Of a stretch of DNA of 64,000 bases, positions 37,101 to 46,100 are shown piece by piece. The position numbers and the translations under genes are program-made. The notes below the pieces were generated by a model. The model did not search any database and was not told the origin of the DNA. It saw nothing but the letters and a program-made list of their open reading frames with translations. Positions within the stretch are counted from its first letter, which is position 1. Every line of letters starts with the position of its first letter. Source of the DNA: a virus (taxonomy: Duplodnaviria; Caudoviricetes); IMG/VR virus record IMGVR_UViG_3300032295_002982, positions 20,266-84,265 of that record. One strand, given 5' to 3'.

Positions 37101-40100
37101 TAGTGATGCTGACTACGTGTCCTAAAGAGTTCACTGTACAAGTTGCCGTGGCTGGGATCACAGCATTGCCTACTATCTCAATTGTGGGTGCTTCGTTGTA
37201 TCCGTCGCCGCCATCAACAATTTCAATTTCATCAAGATTCAACAAATAGTTTTGATACCATGAACTGTAGGGCCATGTCTGCCACACAGTGCTGTTGGCC
37301 GGCGTGTCACTCTGCAGAGTCAATGCCGAGTTAAATGCAGTGCTTTGAGCATAGGGCAACAGTATGGGGCTGGTGAATTCTGGGATCTCCAGTGAAGTAT
37401 TAAAATATGCTGGCAAATCAAAATCTGAAAGATCGCCCAAGAAATCGTCAACACCCTGATATTTGAGATTGAACTCACGAATCTGCACATGATAAGGCTT
37501 GACTTCTTGAATATACTGTTCAACAAACTCCTGGTTGTCACGAATGTAATTCTGGAACGGTACAAGATCACGCAAGCGGTGATCTACATCTATCAAGCTG
37601 GTTTTTACCAACCACTCTGGTGCACCAAATTCGCTCAACACAAAGTTGAACACCAAGATCAACAAGCGATTGCGTTCAATGGCCAAGTCATCTACAAACA
37701 GTTCTTGATTGATACCCTGAATGATTTTTCTAGTTTCAATCACAGGTTCTTGATCAAAATACTGTGCATCAAAAACTTCAATGTCCCAACCAAATCTTCC
37801 AAGTTCATAGTCCCAGAGCTCGGCCTTGAATTCTATAGTGCCGTCTTGCAAGCCCACTCTGGTCCAGCCCAAATCACGCAGTTGATAAATTTCAAATTTG
37901 CCTTGAGAATTAGCTGTGAGTTTGACGCTACTGCCCACGGGAAGATCCAGAGACTCAAGGTCACTCACGTTGGTGATTTCTGCCACAATTTGTTGACTGG
38001 AGTTGTAGCCTGGCAGGTACCAATCAATGTATTGCCAGTAGTCTGGTGTTACAAAATTTTGCACTCTGTAAAGCACCAGCAATCGCACTGCTGGATCAAT
38101 TTCACTGGTCTGTACTTGATAAATGGTCCATCTACCACCGTTGTTGCTGTCGCTTTCTACTAGGTAACGATAGCCCAGTGGCACTGCGTCAATATTCTGG
38201 AAACCAAGAATTTCAAGATTTGCTACTTCAAGATTCCAAAGCCCGCTGTTGGCTGATGGTATTGGTTCGCTGCTCAACAGCAGATTTAGAGTTCGGTTCT
38301 CAACTATGGGATATAGTTTCACAACAGAATTCACTCGTGACAGATAATTGCGTAGTGCTTCAAATCTGTCAACAAACATGCTCTGTCTTGGTCTAAACTG
38401 AATACCATATCTTTCAGCTGGGCCTAGATTGGGATCAGGCACAAGGTTGCCAACAGTGTCAACACCGCAGAAACTGTCTTGCATCTTGCGATAAATCTGA
38501 TCACTCACAAATCCATCAGCACGATCCTGTGGCACAAGATCATATTCCACATGCACATTGTCAGATGTCAATTCACGATCATACTCAATGTGCAGTATGG
38601 TATCCTGTGCTTCAATTAGATCCAGACAGTTGTAAAGAGACACAGTGCTGCTGTTGAGGGCTGCAAGATACGCTATGCCGCTGGCCTTGGGTTCTAGAAT
38701 ATAATTTGCCACAGTGGAAGCTGGCAAAGTTTTTCCAAGATTGGTGGCAGTCACTGTTATGCCCTGCACCCAGAAATAGTATTCAGTTTCAATCAAGCCT
38801 GACAGCGACAAACGAGTGTTCACGCTGTAATTGTTGACATTTCTTGGTGTGCCTTCGCCTGCATAATTGGCAGGAGCCACATCACTCTTGACCCATTGGT
38901 AAATTGATATTGTGCTGCCTGGAAACACCTGACTCCAGCGTCGGCTGGCATAGATCAAACTGTCTTGATTGGGATCAATGAATCTCACTGTGGCAGTGTC
39001 CCACCAGATTTCGCCCACATGCGAGGCTCCCCAGGTGGCTCCTGTGTTGTTAAGCACTCCGGCATTGTAGGCCGCAGGATCAACTGCTCCTATGTAGTCT
39101 ATGTTTTGTCTTGCAGCTCCTAGAATCTTGCCCTGCAGTGGATCAATAAAATCCAAAAATTCTGTAGTGGCGCTGGTGATTCTGTCGTAGAGGAAAACAC
39201 TGTTCAACAGTCGCACGTCAACCACTGGTTGCTCTAGCTTGATAATTTGCCAGGCTGGTGTGTTGTTTGGGTTAACAAACACAGAGACTGAGCCGTATTC
39301 TGAACTGCTGCTGTCGCCAAGATCGCTGGCCGGTGCGCCTACTGTCAGCACGCCAGATGTATAGTTGACACTGTATCCAAACAGATCAAATTCGTTGATC
39401 TCGTTGTCGCCCAGCTGTTGACCAAACACAAAATTGCCAGGATTCAACACGCTGGGGCTGGCACTGGGCAGGAAATCAAATGTGTAAACTGCTCCGCTTT
39501 GAACTAGCACACTGAAAAACACCGTGCTGCCCACATCAAAAATAGTGGTTCCGTCGTCAAATATCTGCACCAGATACAAGGTGCCACGTGGTGCACCAAC
39601 CACAAGATTTTCAGCTCCGGTGTCAATGCTGAGACTGCTGCCAAAGTTGGCAAATTCCACCGGGTATGGACTTACGATGTTTTGCACCCAAACATAGGTG
39701 TCAAAGCCAATGTCGTCAAACGCAGTGCCAACACTGCCTGGTGCCACATTGACTTTGTTGAAAGGATCTGCTGCTGCATTGTTTGTGACTGTGAGTGTCA
39801 TCAATCCAGTGGAAGCACTGACCGTGGCAGTGACGTTGGGCACTGTGCTGTTTATAGCAGCGGCCAAGCCGGCCAAAGATTGATCAGGTTGTACTGGCAC
39901 ATCAATGTTGTTGACACGTAGAGTGTGACCATTTGTGAGTGTAGGTGCAGGGTTAAGACTGGTTATGGTGCCATAGAGTCTTGACTGGTTTACACTGCGC
40001 TCAACAATGCCACCTTTGTAAATCTGCACACTGCTGTTGGGTTCGCCCACATACAAGCTGCAATTGTTTTCACACAAATCAACTGCTGATCCAAAATTGG

Positions 40101-43100
40101 AGAATTCTGCCACTGTCTGTTGGTGCAACTGATCCAACAGAGTAAAATTGTTGGTTTCAATCAAGATTTCGTCACCAACGTTGACAGGTCCGTTCAAGGT
40201 GAAACCATTTGATCCATCCCAGCTGAATGTATGGACACCACCTATCACGCTGTCTGCTTCGTTGATCCAGCGTTCATTGTTGACAGTGACACCCACTGGA
40301 GCCACTGCTGCAGGGCCCAAAACTGTGAATGTTGGGTTGACAGCATCAGCGTTGACAATAAAGCGCTGAACATTGCGATCAAACACATACACTGTGCCAG
40401 CCTCAACTGCGCTGTACACTGTAGAGTCAGGCGATCCGCACAATATTTGAGTGCCGTCGGTGCTGGTAGACACGCTGGAGCCCATGCGGTCACTGGGTGT
40501 AAGTCCCGCTACCTGTAATGAAGAAACATATCTAAAATAGCTTTCGGCTCGAACAATTATTTCTGAGCCTGCTGATGGTATAGTGGTGAATGTTAGATCT
40601 AGAGTGCCAGTATTGAAAGAATAATCAATGTTGGGTCGCAGTAGCACTTCTTCGTAAAACACACTGAAACTGTCAATATTGGTTGCTGTGAAGAAATAGG
40701 TTCCAAGATTGAACACTGTCTGCAGAGCCGGCGGTGTGTAAGCAATTGTAAAAGTTTGCAGTTCACCAGTGCCACTGACACCGGTAACTGTGAGAGTGAT
40801 GTCATTGACTCCGCTGACACCACCGTCAAATGCTGTTGCATCAATGGTTATGGTGTTGCTGACTGCATAGCCTGATCCGCCACCGTTTACACCAACAAAA
40901 CCGCTGTCAGCCCCTGGCTGTCCAACTTGGCCGCGCACTCGCTCAATTGTGAACACAGCACCGGCGCCGCCGCCCGAAGTGGCAGACTGAGTGACTCCGT
41001 AGTAGATACCGTAATCCAGCTGTTGCTGATTGATACGTTGTATGCGAATGTCTACTCCAATAGCCGGAGCAGTAACAAAAGTCACATTCTCAAATGTGCC
41101 GTCCACAGTGTAGTCTGTGGTCAAGAATTGCACAGTACCATCAAGCGTTACCACAATCTGTGTGTCTTGATCAATTTGAATTTCGTCAGCAATATAAAAA
41201 GTGTCTGTGAAGCCGTCACCTGTGGCTATGACAAACTGATGTTCCCAATCCACTCGCCCATAGGCATGTACATTGCTGATGCCAGGAGCTCCAATGTACA
41301 TCCAACGTTCGTCAGTGCTCATGGTCACGCTGTAGCCAAACTCACCTGCGCCCGGAGTTGTACTGGGTGTTGTGCCAGGCTGTGTCAACAATTGCCATTG
41401 AGCAAAGGGCACAATGCCTGGTTCACCAAGACCCGGATCTCTATAAATTACAGCAGCGTATCCGTTGTCTGCTTGAGATGCAGGGCCAAGACTGCGACTG
41501 GCGCCGGCCACGGCCCAGGTTTGATTGCCAAAATCCACTGCGTTTCCATAACCTTGCACGCCGGCAACATCCAGCGTCAACACAGCATTTACACTGTTGG
41601 GCAACGGAGTCACAGGAGTGTACTGATCACTATCGCTCTTGACATACACATATACGCCACCGTGTTGCACAGCACTTCTAGTATAAAACGGCGCACCAAC
41701 CAAGAGCGCAGTGCGGTTCTGTGCCTGTGTCACACTGTGACCGTAGTTCTCATTCTGGAACGTGGTCATGGGATCAGGGTTCAACACAGTGATAGCACTG
41801 AATGGATTTTGCTTTTCAAACACAGCCCAATGACCAGTGCCGTCATCATCGGCCCAGACTCTGGCCCCAGGCTGAATTTCATTGGCATAAGGCAGATTCA
41901 ACACATCGCTGGCCTGTGCCACACGCTGAGTCTGCAGTGTGAAACCAATACCGTCGCCGTCGGCCACGGTGCGATCACCCAGAAACTGAAACTCAATGTT
42001 CACTGTGGTCAAGTTCAACACAGACACCACGGTGTATACGCCATCAACTTCGGTGTCAAACTGTTTGATTATGAGTTTTTGACCTTGACTGAGATCGTGT
42101 TGACCTGAAAACACCACACGACTTGTGGTATCCAAGTTATCACACACATGAACAATGGTGCCCGGTACAGGTTGCGCACGATAGATGTTCCAATCATATT
42201 GGTTGATCTTGGCCACCCAGATACTGGTGCCTACCTCAATGTTGTCAAGGTTGGCTGCAAATTCGTCGTTGTCTTCGATATCAAAGATTGTGATATCAGC
42301 ATCGTCTAGGCTGACATAGCCAGCATTGGGCAATCCAATGTCTGTGGGCAGTTCTGTAGTGACTGGCAAAAATGCCGGTGATGTCAACTTGTAGCTCTGA
42401 CGCCACACCGCTCCCAGCTGAATGTTTTGGTCAGCTTCGCTGGTTTCCTGTGGTGTGGTAACTTTTACAATGCTGGGATTACTGTTGAGTAAACCACGAT
42501 TCAGTCGCAATTCAACAAAGCTTCGATTGGCATTTGCACCGTACACTGCACGTTGCACTGCCCAGTTTTCATAGATGTCGTAGTCAGCAGTTTCTTTGCT
42601 GAAGTTTGCGCCTTTGAATAGTTCGGCTGCCAACACTGTGCCTTTGCTGCCCAAGAACTGTCGATAAACATTGATCTGACTAACATCATCAAGATTCAGC
42701 GCTGCCATGTACTGCCGCGGACGATAACCAATCAAGCCGTAAGACAACAAATCATTGTCTGTTTCAATGTTGGCAGAATTGATGTTGTAGCTGTTGGCCA
42801 ATTGATCAGCTTTGTTGGCAATGTTTGGTAACAGTCCCAGCTGTATCTGTTCATAGTCACTTTGCACCCAGTCATTGAAGTTGAAACTGGTACTAGGCTG
42901 CACAATAGTCAGTGCGCTCCAAAAAACATTTTTGTAGCGAACAATTTCGCCCTTGGTATAAGTTCTAAGTCCGGTCCATTCTTCTACGTTGTTTTGATTG
43001 AGAATAAATCCTGGCGCATTCACAGTACCATTCCAATCAACACTGTTGACCGCAATTAGATTCAATCTACTTTGACGATCGCCTGTGGTAGGGTCATAAA

Positions 43101-46100
43101 TTAGGTCACCAAACACGCTTTGATTGCTGAGCACAATAATGTGTTCAAACGATGTGAAATTCAATTCAGCGTAGGTAACAATTTGTTCTACCAGGCTCTG
43201 AATGGTAAAGGTATTGTCAATTCTAACAATGTTGAGATTTCTTGTGGCAAAATCCTGACTGTTTTGATCCAATAGCTGTGTTTCCACAGTCTGTGTACGG
43301 ATTGAATCCACCACGGCTTTTTCTTTGGTCACCGTCAATTTGTCGGCCAAGGGGTTGAGATTGAGAATTGCTTCTAGACTCCAACCCTGCTGTGCCCAGT
43401 ACAAGAATTCATAACCCATTCTAGGCCAGTCCAGCACATAACCGTTAGACACATTGGTAAAGGTTAGGCCTTGGCTTTCAAGATATTTGCCATAACTCAA
43501 CAAAAAGTCAACCACAGCACTGGTGGTAGTAAACACAGTTCCGTAGGGTATCTGTGTGACTGTGGTACTGTAGAGAGTTGGTACTTGAATTTCAATGACA
43601 CCAAGTGCAAAAGTCTGTAATCGTCCACCGCGACTCTGAAACACGTTGAAGAACGGTTGCAAGGTGCTGTAACCAGTCACACTATAACCGCCGCTGCCAG
43701 TTCTTTGTATTGTTACACTGCTGTAAACAACCTGTCCAAACGGCTGATTTTTGTAAACAAATAAATCGTAGCTTTCGTCTGGAATCACCAACGCGGTGTT
43801 GGTAGAACTAGGACTGCTCTTTTCTGTAATAATCTTGATGTATTGCTTGTCACTGAAGCTGGCCATGCGATAGCATAGACGCACATCAAGATTGGTCAAA
43901 TCTGCAGTCAGCGCATCAGTGCTGTTGAGTCCAGACACTCGGTTGTAATCAACTATCCAGTTTATGTAACTGGCCTTGCTGACACCGTTGCCGTACACTT
44001 GTATGCCGTTGGCATCTAGACGATATCTGTTGTCATAGAGATACTGCTGATAGTCAAGATTGTATCTGTAACGATCGCGGTCAGCAAACAGTGCAAAGAA
44101 CTTTGCGGTGCGAGTCAGGGCCAACAGTCGCATCACTGCAAATGGATAAGCACTGCTGTTCCACCACGAAGCTTCTACTGGGCCGCCATCGCCCACAGCC
44201 CAACTCTTTTGGAACTGTGTTTCATTAAAGAAGCCCATGACACTGAGGTTGGGCGGCGACAATTCGCCTTCGCTACCGGTGGGAATAATTTCTGTTAGAC
44301 CTGGTCTAGCATAGGCTGGCAAGTAATAAGGCAACACAGGATCAGCCACGTATCCTGCTTCAAGATCATCCCATAGCACCAAGTTGTCACTGGTGTAGGG
44401 AGCAGGACCATAGCGGTCTTCCCACCAGGAGGGTTCAATGCTGAATCCCAGCATTTCCCAAGGAGTGTATTGCGGCTGTTGTGTGTCGTAGGTAAATCTG
44501 TAGATTCCTCGCCAACCGCCCAACAATGGTTGATTATCTAAGCGATTCTGCGCACTACTGTAATTGTATGTGAATGTGTTGTTGACATCAAACTGCTGTG
44601 TGCGGAAATCCAGTTTGTTCCAACCACAATAACTTAGAAAATCTTGACCCAAGATGTTGTTGGTTTCTTGATAGCTGAATCCTGTGTCTCTAAACTGACC
44701 AGGTTGGACATCTGCCACGGTCAAGGGCACGGGGTTGCCGTCCAGTTTTAGATTGTCATAGACTCGTGTTTCAAACTCCAACAATATTTGATCACGAAGA
44801 TCTCCATACAGCGGCGTGGTGCTGCCGTCGTGTCCTAGGGTGGCAGATACAATGGCGTTGCTGGTTTTGATAGACACAATGCCCGGCTGCCAGGCAGGAT
44901 ACAGTCCCAGTTTGGTAGGTGTGTTTGGAACAAAACTGCCATATGTGTGCGAATATTCATTTATCAATATCACATCGCCAGGCACCAAAGGGATGTCAAT
45001 GGTCACACGCGGGCCATCTGTGGCCACTGTGTAATCAACTCCGCGAGTGAGTAGCACACTGTTTAGATATATCAGCAGCCCAAGGTAGTTGCTTGATTCA
45101 AAATTGTACACTTGCACAGTGTCAAACACTGGTTGGGTGGTAAACCCTACTTCATAACTGTTGCTGTAGTTAGGAATACCAGAAGGCAGCATGTCGCTCC
45201 AATAGAACGGCTGCGAATCAACTTTGCCAAGTGTGATTTCTTGTATGGCATCATCAAGAATTTGACCACTGGTCTTGAAAGAGATATTTTGTCGCAGCAC
45301 AGCATCCATCAGTTGTGCTTTGTATTTGAGATATTCCTGACTGTTGTATTTTAGAGCAGCAAAAATATTGTATTCTTTGCTGCGCATGAAGTAACCTGCA
45401 AGAGTCAACGGTGCACTCTGCTGAAGTATGACCAAACCATAAGGCACAAGATTGCCAAGGTCACGTGTGTTGTTTGCACCGTTGACTGGGCCAGTCAAGG
45501 TTGTTAGATTTTCACAAATGCTTTGGTAGTGAGTTCTCACCGTGCCCAAGGTAAATCTAGGGCTGTTGGCATTGAGTGGATTGCTTTCAAGATTGATGGG
45601 AACCTGATAAAAAGCAGTTGTACTGGTTTGATCACTCAGTACCAAGACCTCAATGATTTCATCCGGAACATAATCTTGCAGAAGATTGATTTCTGTTGTG
45701 GTGGCTGTGGTAGTATAGCTGTATTGGCTGGCTGGCAAGAACTGTGCGCCAACATAGATCTTGATCACCGGCACAGCACTGGCAACTTGATTGTTGGCTG
45801 CTACATCCAGAACCAAGGCCTGATTGTTAAAATTGAACCTAAACTGTTGATAGGTTTGACTATCAACTATGGCGTTTTGCCAACCAATCAGTTTCTGGAA
45901 TGTGGTGCGAGTAGCATACTCTCTAGCAGCGCCGCTGCTGATGTCCAGTGTGACACTGGCATTGTCTACCACATAAACAAAACTGTCAACATATAGATTG
46001 TTTTCAAAAACAATGTCGCCTACGTTTTCAATGTTGAGATATTCCAGTGGGAACTGCAACACTGGATCTACCAGTGTGGTATCGCTCACTGCATAACTGA

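Noticed and set aside
40927-42108. 393-aa + strand ORF and many other antisense ORFs in the track
   Set aside because: They lie wholly opposite longer genes with clear motifs, lack recognisable motifs or RBS, and are best explained as codon-bias shadows.
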